Of a stretch of DNA of 64,000 nucleotides, positions 19,066-33,150 are shown piece by piece. The DNA comes from Eledone cirrhosa (Eukaryota), in assembly GCA_964016885.1 (NCBI GenBank), contig CAXHJY010000159.1:1-64000 (forward strand), given 5' to 3'. Below the pieces are notes generated by a model, which worked only from the letters and a program-made list of their open reading frames with translations, was not told the DNA's origin and made no database searches. Positions within the stretch are counted from its first letter, which is position 1, and each line of letters opens with the position of its first letter. The position numbers and the translations under genes are program-made.

Positions 19066-19493
19066 GTCATATTTGTGTAATAATATTGCCAGAATTAATA
19101 ACAGAACACACTCACTGTTTGGTTGGTTTTCGCTTCTGTGTTTTTTATATCAGTTAATTTAATATATGCGGTCCTCAATATTTATCATTGACTGACCAAC
19201 GGTCAAAAATACAGATATAATATAGACGCAAACAGATATATATAGTCTAACAAAGTTCTTTCGTTGCACATCTGCAACATCGTCAGTGGTGCTATTATGT
19301 TTCCTCATGTTTGTTAGACTATATATATCTGTTTGTGTCTATATTATATCTGTATTTTTGACCGTTGGTCAGTCAATGGTAAATATTGAGGCGCGAATAA
19401 ATTAACTGATATAAAAGACACAGAAGCGAAAACCAACCAAGCAGTGAGTGTGTTCTGTTATTAATTCTGGCAATATTATTACACAAATATGAC
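19066..19493. repeat. About 185-bp inverted repeat with an HHR core in the spacer (19255-19291, minus strand)
   Basis: Arms 19066-19254 vs 19310-19493. Minus strand CTGACGA-t-GTTGCA-gatg-TGCAAC-GAAA-GAACTT-TG; same pLTR type as 48412-48650. Confidence 0.8.
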
Positions 19494-19578
19494 AATATAA
19501 ATATGACAGTATAACAATATTTGTTTCGACACACGATTTCATATCAAAAACCTCGCAAAACTATATATATATATATTA

Positions 19579-19618
<40 letters not shown>

Positions 19619-19629
19619 ATATATATATA

Positions 19630-19785
19630 CGATAGGCTCCACCAGTTTCAGTCTACCAAATATCCCTCGCAAGGCATTGGCCAAACTGAAGCACTTGCCC
19701 AATGTGCCATGTAGTGGGAGTGAACCCGAAACCACGTGGTTGAAAAGCAAACTTCTTAATCATACAGTCATGCCTACGCCTGTGT
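19630..19785 (-). mobile_element. Octopus-type CORE-SINE family C fragment
   Basis: Minus strand CACGTGGTTTCGGGTTCACTCCCACTACATGGCACATTGGGCAAGTG...TTTGGTAGACTGAAACTG; related copy at 47035-47270. Confidence 0.75.
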
Positions 19786-20878
19786 GCGCATAAATATGTG
19801 TGCACATGTGTCTGCACGCGCGTGTGTGTGTGTGTGTGCATGTGTATCGTCATAGGAATACACATAGCAGAGCGTAAATGTGAGTGAGCCATATATGTGG
19901 GTGTGTACGTGTGTATGTGTATATGCGTAAATAGATAACTTTTTTTTTAAATTGCCTTCCAAAATGCTAAAATATTACCCTACTTAGTTTGATCATTTTA
20001 CGTTCAAATCCCATGTATAAGGTCGACTTTACCTCTTATCCTTCCGCATCGATAACATAAGTACCAGTCAAGTAAAGGGGAGCGTTTTAATCAATTTTCC
20101 CTTCTGCCAAAACTGTGTGACCTTGAGTAAATCATAAAAATCAATATTACGCATTGGCACAACAGTACACATTTTTGGCAGAAGGTACTTGACTGCTGCT
20201 TATTTTATCGATTTCAGAAGGAAGAAAGGGTAAATTGACACCGATAAGATCTGAAGTCAGAACGTAAAGGAACATGATTCAATACTGCAAGATAGTTTCT
20301 ACAGCGTCCTGTAGATTCTCTTAATTCTCTGCCCTCGTATTCTGCAATATTAAAATTATTTTCAATTACCAATTATTATATAAAGATTTTTCTTTATTGT
20401 TTGTCGTCTACACAACAATACGAATGTAATAACGTACGTATTATTACTCAATATAATATCTACACTACTATGATGTACGTAATATTTCTATTTAATAAGT
20501 TTCTATTATAATATAAATAATTGAGAATTTAATCATTTTTGTTAGTTTTAACATATAGAATTAATGAAAGCTATTTATAAAAACATATTATTTCATAATG
20601 TTTTATTAGTTTTAGCTCGATTAAACAATGCGCTGTCTTATACGACTTTAAATTAAAATACACGAGATTTTGCTTTAATATATCTATAAGGCATAACCAT
20701 TGAATCATGTCTAGATTCAACACTTTTAGTAATATTTATTTTAAAAATTTGTGTAATTTGAGAAAATCTTTTTTTCACGTCATACATTTCAGCCAACTCT
20801 TTAGAAAGGTATCCTCTTGTTTCACACTCAAACACAAACACAAACACAAACACGCACACACATACACACACATTCGCG

Positions 20879-20921
<43 letters not shown>

Positions 20922-22428
20922 GCGCGCGCGCACACACAAACACGCGCGCACACACAAACACGCGCGCGCGCACATACACACATACACAAACACGCACAAA
21001 CACACACTCACACACACACACAAACGCGCACGCACATGCACACACACACACATACACACAAACACACATGCACACACACACACAGCACAATTTTGAAATT
21101 TACCTTCATTGTTGAAAGGTTGTTGGTGGGTTGTAGAAAGGTGCTGCTGGTGTTTTGTGAAACGTTGCTTTTACAAGGCAAACTGAAATAATTTCCCAAG
21201 TTTTCCGATAAATATTACAATTAAAACGTTAACTTGAATGTGAATATGAGTTTAAAGTAATCCGGAATGTAAAAATTAAGCTTTTACAGCAAAATCTACC
21301 GTCGAACTGAAGAAAAGCGAACGCGTTAAGAAGAATGCAGTGTTCAGATAATCTTCAATAACCGGAAAAGAGCTAAGAATGTTGTCCCCTTTTTTACAGT
21401 ATTTTGCAGATAACGTATTTATATTTTTCAAATAAATTCATGAAAAACAAACAGTGTTAATCTGATGGTTGTGATTTTGATTCTTGTCTGTGAATAAAAA
21501 AATTTCACATTGCCTAAAATGGACTAATTCCCAAATAACAAATGTTTCAATTGTTTGATCTCTAAAAGGTGGTGGTTTATTCTTTAGTTTAACATCTCTC
21601 TCTTCTATAGACGTAAAACTTCGTGTGAATATAATGATTAATAATTTTTTTACACAGATGATTCTTCTATTAGGTAGTTGTAGTATCACCTTTTAAGAAG
21701 CATATATTGATCTGGACATAAAGGGATTGCTATGAAATCGGACCGCAAGTATATGCGAGTTCGTAAAGTAACATAAGCATTGCTCACATTAGAAGATGAA
21801 ATTATGAATGGTGAGCAAACTTGGAGCTGGACACGAGATGAGTCCCGCAGGAAATCAGGAAAACTTCCGTATACCTCAAACTACGATACGAGTGTTACAA
21901 CAAGCACAGTCGAAATTTATTACTTTAAAACATTTCGAAAATGCAGAGTAGCGTTATAATCTAGAGATTATATGTAGAAATCATATGTTGTATAGAATTT
22001 GAGTAATAGAGGAATTTGGCATTTACATGACAAGAGACAGAAAAGCAATAATTGAGTTTTTTTTATAAAAGATATCGAGAAATGAATCTAAGACTAATCC
22101 ACAGTCTAGGCTGAATTAATTAATGAATTCACAGCAAAATAATGCATGAAATGTTTTTGTATAACTTCTAAGTTATACTGAATTTCATTCAAACTTAAGT
22201 AAATAGAATTAACAAATTCCATTCAAATTTGCGTGATCTAATATCACAGAAAAGTCGTCTTAAAAGAGAAAAATAGAACGCTTCCAAAAAATAATCACTC
22301 ATTGAGACTATTTATGTACTTAATTACGTATTATTGGTATATGATATTAATGTTTCGTGATCGCGTGCAAATGATTATTCTTTACTGTTTTGATTTAAAT
22401 TATTTCAAAAGTAGACAATTTCTCTTTT

Positions 22429-22508
<80 letters not shown>

Positions 22509-23435
22509 TAAATTTAGCGAGAATCGCATTTCGGCGGGTAGAAATTGGCGAAACGCAACTTCTGTATTGTGCAGACAAGCGCTCCATGGATATGAAGATA
22601 TCAGAGCTATAAACATAAGTCAAAATGGTCATACAAACTGAGACGATGGTTAAGAAGCCATTAACCACCTTAGCCAAAAAAGCGAACAAGCTAAACGGGT
22701 CAAACAAAATAAGTAATGATTGAAATAGTTACCCGGACCCTCGGGGAAGATGGAATACTCCGATATTTGGGTTTCTGCAACACCTAAATCAATAATACTG
22801 TCTGCTTATAAAAAATAAGCTTTTGGTATAATGATCGAACAAGGCATCGCTTTCTCAACAGGCATTTTGCTCTTCGTGCGCCAGAATCTCACAGGTTATG
22901 AAAGCACATGTGAGGTTCTAAGGGGAGGAAACCCCTATTTTGGCCAGTGAATTCAGCATGTGTAGTTATTGCAAAAAATTGCAAAAAAAAGCACAAAACG
23001 AATTTAGCTCTCGACCGAGTTGTTTTTAAAATAAACTTAAGCGATTAATCAGTCAATAGAGTTATATATATATACATATCAAACAATAGCGAAAAGACAG
23101 TGAAAACGTGCGGAAACAGGCAACGAATGGATAAACACCTTGAACCTTAGAACGCTGGAGTGGGAGAAGGCAAAGATGGCGGCTGGTCATTATGATACTT
23201 GATTCTTCAGATATCAGGCGGGTATCTCCCTATTTTCTTCACCTAAAGTAGGGCTTCCTATCCAACGGAGTTAACAATGTAAAATAAAAACTAGTTTTAA
23301 TACCACTTGGAAATTGTACAAAAATACATATAAATGGGAGAAGACGATCATACTTGGATGAAATATATGTGTGTTTCATGTATGTGTGGGTATGAGTGTG
23401 CGTGTGGGTGTGTGTGGGTGGGGGGGGGTGTATAA

Positions 23436-23774
23436 AGGTGTGTAGCTTTGGGTTAAGGAGTTGAATTCACAATTATGAGATTGTGAGTTCGATTCCGAGA
23501 CCGGATGATGCGTTGTGTTCTTGAGCAAGACACTTTATTTCACGTCGCTCTAGTTCACTCAGCTGTAGAAATGAGTTGTGACGTCACTGGTGCCAAGCTG
23601 TATTGGCCTTTGTCTTCATGACATCGGTGGTATGGCGAGGGGAGACTGATGTGCATGGCTGACTGCTGGTTTTCCACAAAAACAACATGCCCAAGCTTGT
23701 GCCTCGGAAAGAATCCTTCTATGTGAATCAAAACCCATCTTCATTCATGACTGTTCAGTCACGAATGAAAATGG

Positions 23775-23775
<1 letters not shown>
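23436..23775 (+). mobile_element. CORE-type SINE family B, near full length
   Basis: tRNA head with GAGTTCGATTCC and CORE-like TGTGTTCTTGAGCAAGACACTTTATTTCACG; matches 38255-38557. Confidence 0.85.
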
Positions 23776-23865
<90 letters not shown>

Positions 23866-24064
23866 TATATATTCATTAGTTAAGCAAAACAAGACCACAA
23901 ATTTCACAAGGAAGACATTATTAAAAGATTGTCAACATATTTTACTTTGATGTAAGGAATGTAGAGAATAATAATAATAATATTAATATATATATATATA
24001 TATGAGTGAATGTATGTATATATATATATAGAGAGAGAGAGAGGGGGGTGGGGATAGATAGATA

Positions 24065-25016
24065 TCTTTCTTTATTTGCCACAGACGTGTACAAACGTGA
24101 CGGCGGGAGTTTTACATAAAAAATCATATAACTTTAACATTAACAATAAACTATATATAATAAAACAACAATTGAAATCCCAATAGGGGGGAAGGTTACG
24201 TCAGGGTAGTTTTACACTGCGTGGGTAGAACAACCCTCGACACCAGGAACACGTTTTGTAGGTGTTCCTGTCTTCCCTCTGTTTACTTCCACAACCTACA
24301 GGTTTATATACAGAGAAGGCCCATTCACTCGGGTCATTTTCGCCACATTCGCCCACCTTTCAGCGAATTTACTGGGATGTAGCACCTCTCTCTCCACTCT
24401 CACCTTCCTTCTGAAGTGGTACTTAAAGAAGGGGATAAGTTGTTGTCCGGAGAGAAAGGTGTTTGCCCTCAGTCCTTTTAACCTCGTCCACCATATTACC
24501 TCTTTCGCCATAGCCACCAGACAGAGGAAAACCGCCTCTCCTTCATTCTTAAATGAAGGCGGCGGGGTGAATCCTCACGATCGACTAGGCTGACAACTGG
24601 ATGCGTCCCACACGTGACAGTAGCTGTTCGACATAATTCCACAGGGCGGTCACCCCTGGGCACTGAACAAGTGCGTGCAGAACGGTTTCGATGTCCTGCT
24701 TGCATCTCGGACAGGTCCTTTTGGCAGGATCTCTGCCAGGGCGTCCGTGCCTGTAGATTTTGTCTCGAACTGGTAGAGCTTCTCGGTAGCACTGCCAGGC
24801 CACAGACCTCTGGAAGTTATCCATAGGCCCTGGACGAAAAGTCCTCCCGAACTGACTGGTCAGTTCGTCCTCCTCGATGCCTAGAGTTTCCCCGAGACAT
24901 TCGTCGCACTTATCCTCCACTAATCCCCTATAGAATGTCGAAGTGGAGTCTCCGCTCCGCTGATTGCCTTTTCCGCTTGGTAGAGGCCTGTGAGCGCCTG
25001 AAGGCACTCGAGGTGA
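24065..25016 (-). mobile_element. 5'-truncated L1/Tx1-type LINE
   Basis: C-terminal CPRCKQDIETVLHALVQC zinc knuckle. 3' end GTGGCAAATAAAGAAA followed by (TATC)n; homologous to the adjacent element. Confidence 0.9.
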
Positions 25017-25269
25017 CATAGATAAATAGATAGATAGATTTCTTTATTTGCCACAAGGGCGCACAAGAAAATGGGACAATACAAAGACATGCCGGGGATT
25101 TTACATACAGTCGTGTAAAAATATAAAACAAACAATTACAACAATCGAAATCCCCAATAGGGGGAAGCGCCACAAATGGGTTGTTTAATACCCCGTCGAT
25201 AGAACAACCCTCAACTCCAGGAGCGTGTTGTGCAAGTGCTCCTTTCTTCCTTTTGCTCTCTTCTTTAAC

Positions 25270-28200
25270 CTACAGGCTTATAAACAGAGAAGGCCCAATC
25301 ACACGGGCCATTTTCGCTTCATTCACCCACCTTTCAGTAAATTTACTGGGGTGCAGTGCCTCTCTCCACTCTGATTCTCCTTCTAAAGTGATACTTAAAG
25401 ACGGGAATCAATTGTTGTCTGGAGAGAAAGGCATCTGTCCTCAGTCCTCTCAATCTCGTCCACCATATAACTTCTTTCACCATAGCCACTGTACTGAGGA
25501 AAACCGCCTCTCTTTCGTTTTTGAAAGAGGTTGGCGGCTTGATCCTTATTATGGACTCGGCAGTCAACAGGATTTGTCCCATACGCGACAGCAGTTGTTC
25601 TGCTTAGTTCCACAGGTCGGTTACGCCCGGGCAGTGTACAATTGCGTGCAGGACTGTTTCAATGTCCTGCGCACATCTTGGATACGTCCTCTTGGAAGGA
25701 TCCCTGCCGGGGCGTCTGTGCCTGTAGATCTTATCACGAACCGGTAGCGCTCCTCGGTAGCACTGCCAGGCCAGGGACCTCTGGAAGTTGCCCATAGGTC
25801 CCGGGCGGAAAGTCCTACCAAACAGACAGGTGAGCTCATCGTCTTCGGCGCCCAGAGTCTCTCCGAGCAGGTCGTCGCCCTTGTAACGTACAATCCCGCT
25901 TGCCAGAGGACTGTGAGCGCCTGAGCGCATTCAATGTGCCAGGCGCCCATCGTTTTCGGTCTTTTCTTGACCCAGGACTGCAGCTCCGTCAGCGAGACGA
26001 GCTGTGGGAAAGCCTGTCTCACAAACGGTGCCCACACCGGTTGGGGATCGGTGAGGAATACCTGGAGATGCCGCAGCCTCATCGCATGTTTGCGCATCAT
26101 CAGCCACGGCATTCCCAGCCCTCCGTTGGAAGGGTGCTGACAGCAGACGGATCTCCTCACCAGCGGAGCCTGCTTCTTCCACAGAAACTGGAAGAGCATG
26201 CGTTCCATCTTGGCGAGGTGTTCACGGGGACAAGGCACGACAGTTAAGCGATAGTAGATGACGGACGCTATGAAAGTGTTCGCCACCACTGCTCGACCTT
26301 TCAAGGACAGTTTGCACTCTTCCCACTTCTGGGTGAGCGCAAACACCTTGGCGGTGACCTCGTTCCAGTTTTTCTAAACCTGGAGGTCTGGACCGAACCA
26401 GACCCCGAGAAATTTCACCGATGACGTCCGTCCAGCGTCAAACGACGCTGTCGGACGTCATCGGTTTGCCTCTCCACGTACCGAGTTGCAACCCGACAGA
26501 CTTGTCCGGGTTTAGTTTTGCTCCCGTCAGCATTTCGTATTCTTTCAGTAAGTTGCCGATCACCCCGATTTCCGAGGTGCTCGACACCATTACCGTCAAG
26601 TCGTCGGCATAAGCCGACACCGCTTTGCGCAGTCCCGGTTCTAGAGGGATGCCCTGCAACAGCTCCAATTTCCGCAGTAGTGGCTCTAGAATCAATACAT
26701 ACAGAATGGAGGAGAGAGGGCACACCTGTCGAATGGAACGCATGATTGCGAACGGCTCCGATATGTAGCCGTTCACCTTGACCCTCGAGCAGATTCTGGT
26801 GTACATCGCCTCGATCCAGCCTCTGAAAACGGGACCGAAACCGGCCGCCTTGAGAACCGCTTCCAAGTATCGATGGTCGACCCTATCGAATGCCTTAGAC
26901 TGATCCAAATTGATCAGAGCCCCACCAAAGCCGGGTTTACTACCCACTCTCTCTATGATATATCGTATGAGGTGGAGGTTGTCGTGTATGGACCTGGTCG
27001 GGATTGCACACGTTTGCGCTTTCCCTACCAGGTTCTCGACGACAAGCGCCAACCTCATCGCTAGCACCTTGACCAAAATATTTAACTGTGTTGAGCAGAG
27101 TTATCGGACTGAAGTTGTTGATTTCGTCCCCTTTGTTCTCGTCTTTTCTGATCAGCGTTACTACGCCCTTGCCTGCAGAACTGGGAATTCTCCCGTTCTG
27201 CTGCCAATTGCAGTAGACGGCTTCGAGGACACCAGAGAACAAGTCCGGCATGCCTATGTAAAACTCATAGGGTAGACCATCTAGACCGGGTGACTTGCGT
27301 TTCCCGCAGCGGCCCAGAGCGTCCCGTATCTCAGTGTCCGTGATCGGTCTTTCGCAGAATTTGGCGTCCGTGTTCGAGAGAGGCGGCAGGCCGTCGAGGT
27401 ATGAACTAAAATCCATTACCCCGTTCGGCTCACCGTCGTTCTGCTCAAACAGTCGCGCAAAGTGCTGCTGAAAGGCCGCCCACATTTGCTTGGGGTCAAG
27501 TAGCACGCGTCCGTTTTGGTCTTTCAAAGACCGAAGCGTGGACTTGTTGCCACTTTTTGCCTCCGCCACTCGGGCCCAGCTGACAGCTTTCGCTCCTTTG
27601 TTTCCTAGAGCACGTGTTTGCTTCTGACCACGCAGCCTCCGTGTTTCGCGAAGAAGAACTGGTCTAGTGCTGTTCTCGACGCTAACACTCTAGCCGCGTT
27701 GCCACTTCTAAGTGCCTCCTCTACCTTGGCTACTAGTTCTCTTTCTATTTTGTTTTTCTCTAAGTCTAACTCTTTGCTAAACTCTATCGATTCTACTCTA
27801 ATTGCTTTCTTGAGAGAGTACCACCATCTATTGTTGACGATGGCTCCCGTTAACTGTTGCTTGACTAGTCTACTTATCCGTTCACTGTAAGCTTTACGTG
27901 CCGGCAACGACACGTTCAGCTTCCGCTATCCGATGCCTGTCTATGTGTTCTATCACGGTTGACTAAGCAGACGACTAATTTGTGATCTGAATAGGCAACC
28001 ATGTGCATTCGTGGACAGCTTAACATCTCCTTGTCCCTTTCTCTAATGAAGAACCTATCTAAATACGATCTAGATGTCCCGCTGCGGTTTGCCCACGTCC
28101 ACTGTGGTGCAGTCGGGAAATCCAGTCGATACCTATCGGCCAGTTGGAATTAGCTGATTAAAGTTTTGAGGCTGTTGCACCCCCTCTACTGGGACATGCT

Positions 28201-28667
28201 CCCACATAGTCCCATTGTGCATCTAGGATACCATTCCAGTCCCCCACTAAAAGTAAGGAACGAGACGTTCCCAGCAAAGACTCTAGACGCTTAAAGAAGT
28301 CTGGCCGTGATTGCGATTGCCCGGTCGGGGCATAAACGGCCACCAGTCTGAAGGCTCTACCTCCAATACTGTTCACGTCTAGGACTACCAGTTTACCCTC
28401 CGGGTCCAAGTGTACTTTCTGTACTTCGACGTCCAGGTTCTTCCGAAACTTGACAGCCACTCCCTCTCCACCCCCTGGCTGACAGAGAGATGCGTAGATC
28501 TCAAAGTCGTCGAAGATGAGAGTTAGTTGCTGCCTGTTGTCGATCCTGGATTCGGTGATGGCTATCACATCCATACCGTGTGACCTAAGGTCGTTTAAAA
28601 GTTGGCCCTGTTTCCAGGGCATCCCTAGGGCACGCACATTCACTCTTCCAACTCGTAAACTAGCCAT
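25270..28667 (-). pseudogene. LINE ORF2 (APE endonuclease, reverse transcriptase, C-terminal zinc knuckle), disrupted
   Basis: NVRAL...ITES...VYAP...VGDWN (APE); KSPGLDGLPYEFY, LDQSKAFDRVDH, RQVCPLS and AYADD (RT); split over several ORFs. Confidence 0.93.
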
Positions 28668-28709
28668 GTTGGTGAAGAAAAGTTGAAGAAAAAGGACGAA
28701 AAGGTGCAC

Positions 28710-30532
28710 TTACCGTTTCGTTTCCTGGTGATCGAGTTGTTCAATCTCCATTTGGGTGCTGGATGGGGTGTTGGATGGGGTGGGGAAACATTTTAATAGG
28801 ACGCGGTTGATGGGTTTCTGGCAGGAGTTGCCCACGTCCTGTGAAAATTTATTTTTCAGGTCACTATAGGTCTCCATAGAAACCCTTATAAGTTTAAAGT
28901 GTGGAGACGATTCTGCTTTAGCGAAAGTTTTGCCCTCCGTCTCCACATTGGGGTTTTAGAAGATGACCTCCATCAAACTCTTGTTGTTTGTGTTGATGTA
29001 TGCGTATTGTTGTTTGTGTTTTTGTTGTGTTGTTTTAGTTTGTTGTTTGTCCGGGAGTTTTCTTTTTATGGTGGATGCTTGTGTTTGGGGTGGTGTTGGT
29101 GTTGGTTTTGCTGGTAGGGGAATGTTTGACTGTGGTGTTGTTTGTGTTGTTGTTTGTGTCTGTGGTTGTGTGTTGGTGTTGATGATTGGAGTTTTGGGGG
29201 TTTTGTGGTGTCTCTTTTTTTGTTTTTTAGATTTCTGAGGCTCTCCTTCTTCTTCACTTAAAGAAGGAGAAGCAGCCTCATCTGTCAATGAATAATCATC
29301 GTCAGGTGTGTGGGGTAGGGGTATGTTGTGTAGTGGTGGTGTTTCGGTGTGTGTGTTTGTGGTAGTGTTTGATAGAGTGGGATGGGGTGGGGCTGTGTTC
29401 CTCAGGGGTGTTGTCTGTGTTTTTTCTGTTGTTGTTGGTTGAGTGGCTGTTTGTTTTGGTGTGTTTGCTCGTTTCGTCTGTTGTTGTACTTGTGGTGGTG
29501 GTTGTTTTGGTCTTGGTGTTGGTAATAGTGTTTTTTAATGATGTTGTGGTGTGTTTGTGAAGGACAGGAGGCATTTAGGTGTGCTGTGCTACCACAGCGA
29601 AAGCAAGGAAGTTTTTTTACCCTCCACCGTAATGTTTATTTTGTTGTTGTCGTCGATGACGACTTTTTCGGGTATTTTGGAGATTCTCTCCGGCCTCATT
29701 TGAATCAGAATCTCCAAATCACTACCCGCCCACCTTTGTCTAATAGACTTTCGTATCGAAAGAATCATATCAGTCTCTGACTCTACGAAGCCAGCCAAGA
29801 TCCACCAGATGTTAATGTTTGGTGGGGGGGGGGGGGGGGGGGGGTTGTGTATTTTTTCCCATGTACGTAGAGAAAAGGGTGAATGCTTTTGACACCATTG
29901 GTGTCACAGAATGTTTTTGGTCGAGTGCCTCGCTTTTAAACAGTACGGAAACACTTCCGTACTGTTTTCCTCATTGGAGAAAGTCAATATTTGCTAGAGT
30001 CTCCTTGAAGATAGCTTCTATATCTGCTTGACTAACAAATATCGGCTTTCTCGTTGTGTTGGAGACAGTCCTAAAGGTCACTGTCCTACGAACTGTCTCT
30101 TCTTTTATTTCGAGAGGTGAGTTAATTCTAAACCCACCCTTGTCTTCGAAAGTTACAAATGTTCTCCCTTGCTGGAGCATATCTCTTGCATTGGAGATGT
30201 CAAGATTTATGAAATCTTGTTTTTTGTTCACTGTTTCAGCGAAAGACATTTTTTTGTGTGGTATTGCTGGTGTTGTTGTTGTTGTTGTTGTCGTTGTTAG
30301 CCTCGGTGTTGGAAATCTCAGTTCCTTGACGAGGTGAAACTTTATGTATAGATGTATCTGCGGAGTTGTTGATGTTGTCTTTTTCATGTGTATGTATATT
30401 AATAGGTTTAATTCCTGTGTTTTCCTGTGTGTTATTGTTATTTTTCTCCGCTTCGACGCTAGAAATTTTAAAATCTTCAAGTGGTAATATTTTTTTCTCT
30501 TTGTTGACAGTCGTATCTACGGCGACGTCCAT
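28710..30532 (-). pseudogene. LINE ORF1 (gag-like, CCHC knuckle), disrupted
   Basis: Minus strand about 29562-29608 encodes CFRCGSTAHLNASC (CX2CX4HX4C), followed by a Thr/Gln/Lys-rich tail. Confidence 0.8.
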
Positions 30533-32149
30533 AGTAGCAGAAGCAGATATAACGTTAATATCTGCTTCTCTACTTCTCTTCTCTCTCTCTCGACGTTCTC
30601 TAGCGTTCTTTCCGAGTTATTCATGTTTTATAGTTGGCAAAATTTGATATTTTAAAACAATTTTTAAATTAAATTTTCGCCCCTAAAGGGGCAAAAAATG
30701 GGATACCACCCAGATGACAATTCAGTTTGGGGGTTAATCGACAAAATGTTATGTTTTTTCAAACAATTAGTTCGGTTTTTTGCATAGAAATTAACAAAAA
30801 AGCTTACCGGCGATGTTCCAGGCGTCAGGCAGATAAAGAGATAGATAAATAGATAGATAGATAGATAGATAGATATTTCCCCTCATCAGTTGTTTGCTGT
30901 TGGTTTATGATGTTTCGGTGAATTAAAAACAATACATCTATCCGCAAGTCCAGTCAGACTTACATCTTACCATTTTTGCATTAACTCTTTTCCTCCCCCT
31001 CTCTTTCTCTCTCTCTTTCTCTCCCTTTCTCTCTCTCTTTCTCTCACTCTTTTCCTCTCTCTTTCTCCCCCTCTCTCTCCCTGCCCCCTTACTACTTCCA
31101 TTTCCTTCGTCTCTCTCTCTTAAAAATAAACGTGTTTCTCTTAGCCCTCTCGTTGTTAAGGTCTCTTAAGCCTAGCTGCCTTTTTTAACTTCGTTCTCTC
31201 TCCCCTTGGTTACTCTGCATACATACGCCCCTGACCTGCGTTTCCCCCTCTCTATCGGTATGCTTTTACTATTTTTTCTCTTCTTTCTTTCTTTTCTGTT
31301 TTTTTTTTCTCTCTCTTCGCTATCGTTTCTTTTTCGTATTTTCTTTCCCTAATAACTTTTTAAGTTATTATCGCACTACGGATAGATGTAATGAAATGAT
31401 AAAAAATAATGATAAAATATTAAAAAAATAAAAAATAATAAAAAGATAAAAAATACGGTTATTCTTAATAGTAGTAGTGGTGGTGGTAGATGAAGTTATA
31501 ATGGTGAGTAAGAGGATGTGTAAAATAGTGATGACAGTAATGATAACAATAACATGAAAAGAAATACGATATATGAAAGCAACATTTTGGGTGAGTGGAT
31601 ATAGTGTATTGAGTAGTACAGGATTAAAATAAACAGTAAGAGAAAAAGAGAAAAAGAACAGGAAATAGAGAATAAAGAGTAAGGATTTGAGGATGAGACA
31701 ATGGAGGTGAACTGACTATAGAAGGGGAAAGAAAGGTTTGGGGATTCACGATGTTGATTAATGGCCCGTTGGTTAGTTAACAGTTAATAACAGTGGAGTG
31801 ATGTTAGTACATTTAAATCCGGATGATTCTGACTGAATACTGAGATCGCTAGATCAAATTATGCCGGTTGCGGTTTGAAGCTGGAGAATTTAGTGGCTGC
31901 TTTGTGCCTACAGAAGATTGTACTCTACTGCAGCTAACATAGAATCACACATACATAAAATCAACTATAAAAGAATTTCTAAGGAATGTAATCTACCAAC
32001 ATACACCATGCACCAAATACAAAACGCAAATACATAATAGCATCACAACCACCCACACGCCAGATCACATCACAACAAAGCACCAATAAACTTAAATCCC
32101 AGATCATCCCTAACAACATACAGAACCGATGCGGGGAACCTGCACACAG

Positions 32150-32545
32150 GAAGGCCTCCAAGTGTAACTGCCACCTACCGGATAAATGCCCACTGCAGAA
32201 TAGATGCCTCGAATCAAATATAGTATACCTGTGTGCTATCAAATCTGGCAACCTAGCATGGCACTACATAGGTTCTACAGCTGGAGACTTCAAAAAAAGA
32301 TGGTATGCATAGACATTCTATAAAAAACTGTAAACTTGGGAATACAACGACACTGGCCAATAAAATCTGGCAGCTTAAAGATATCAACCAAGAATATGAG
32401 ATTTTCTGGTCGAAGTTATCGAGTGCAAGGGCCTACAAAAATGGAATATCCCACTGCGGACTATGCATTATGGAACTGCTCCATATTTTAAAATTTGATA
32501 AAAGGAAATTTCTTGTTGAGTCAAACAACGCCGTACGTTAAAACT
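32150..32545 (+). pseudogene. Penelope-like element GIY-YIG endonuclease remnant
   Basis: KCNCHLPDKCPLQNRCLESNIVYLC...HYIGSTAGDFKKRWY, then frameshift to HRHS...TTLANKIWQLK...CGLCIME. Confidence 0.88.
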
Positions 32546-32610
32546 ATCCACAGTATAGAGTACTCACAACTTCTAACTGGATACTTGTTATCCTATAATA
32601 TATATATATA

Positions 32611-33150
32611 TAAAAATTAGAATTGGAGCTCTGAAATAGCAATATATATATGGATGTATATATAATGTATTTTGCAATACACTTTATGCTTAATTAAAAG
32701 CATTTTGAAGACCGTATGCTATTGTTTTAGAGTAGTGACAAATTCACTTACTTTAATCTCAGCAAACAGGGGAGATAAGTCGACAAGGCCTTGTTTCGCT
32801 TTTGTTGAAGCTTATCAAGGCTAACTACCCCTCCTGTCTACTGAGATTACTGATGTTATATTCTTATAGAATTCTAGTAAATAATCAGGAACTGATTATA
32901 CAGAGCGATTGTTGGTCAGGCAGAAATTAAAAATTAGAATTGGAGCTCTGAAATAGCAATATATATATGGATGTATATATAATGTATTTTGCAATACACA
33001 TAAGCTTCAATAAAAGCGAAACAAGGCCTTGTCGGATTATCTCCCCTGTTTGCTGAGATTAAAGTAAGTGAATTTGTCACTACTCTAAAACAATAGCATA
33101 CGGTCTTCAAAATGCTTTTAATTAAGCATAAAGTGTATTGCAAAATACAT

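Larger units (their letters stand above)
25039..30830 (-). mobile_element. Near full-length L1/Tx1-type LINE, frameshifted
   Basis: ORF1 plus APE-RT ORF2; AATAAA at the 3' end; (GATA)n at both junctions. Confidence 0.93.
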
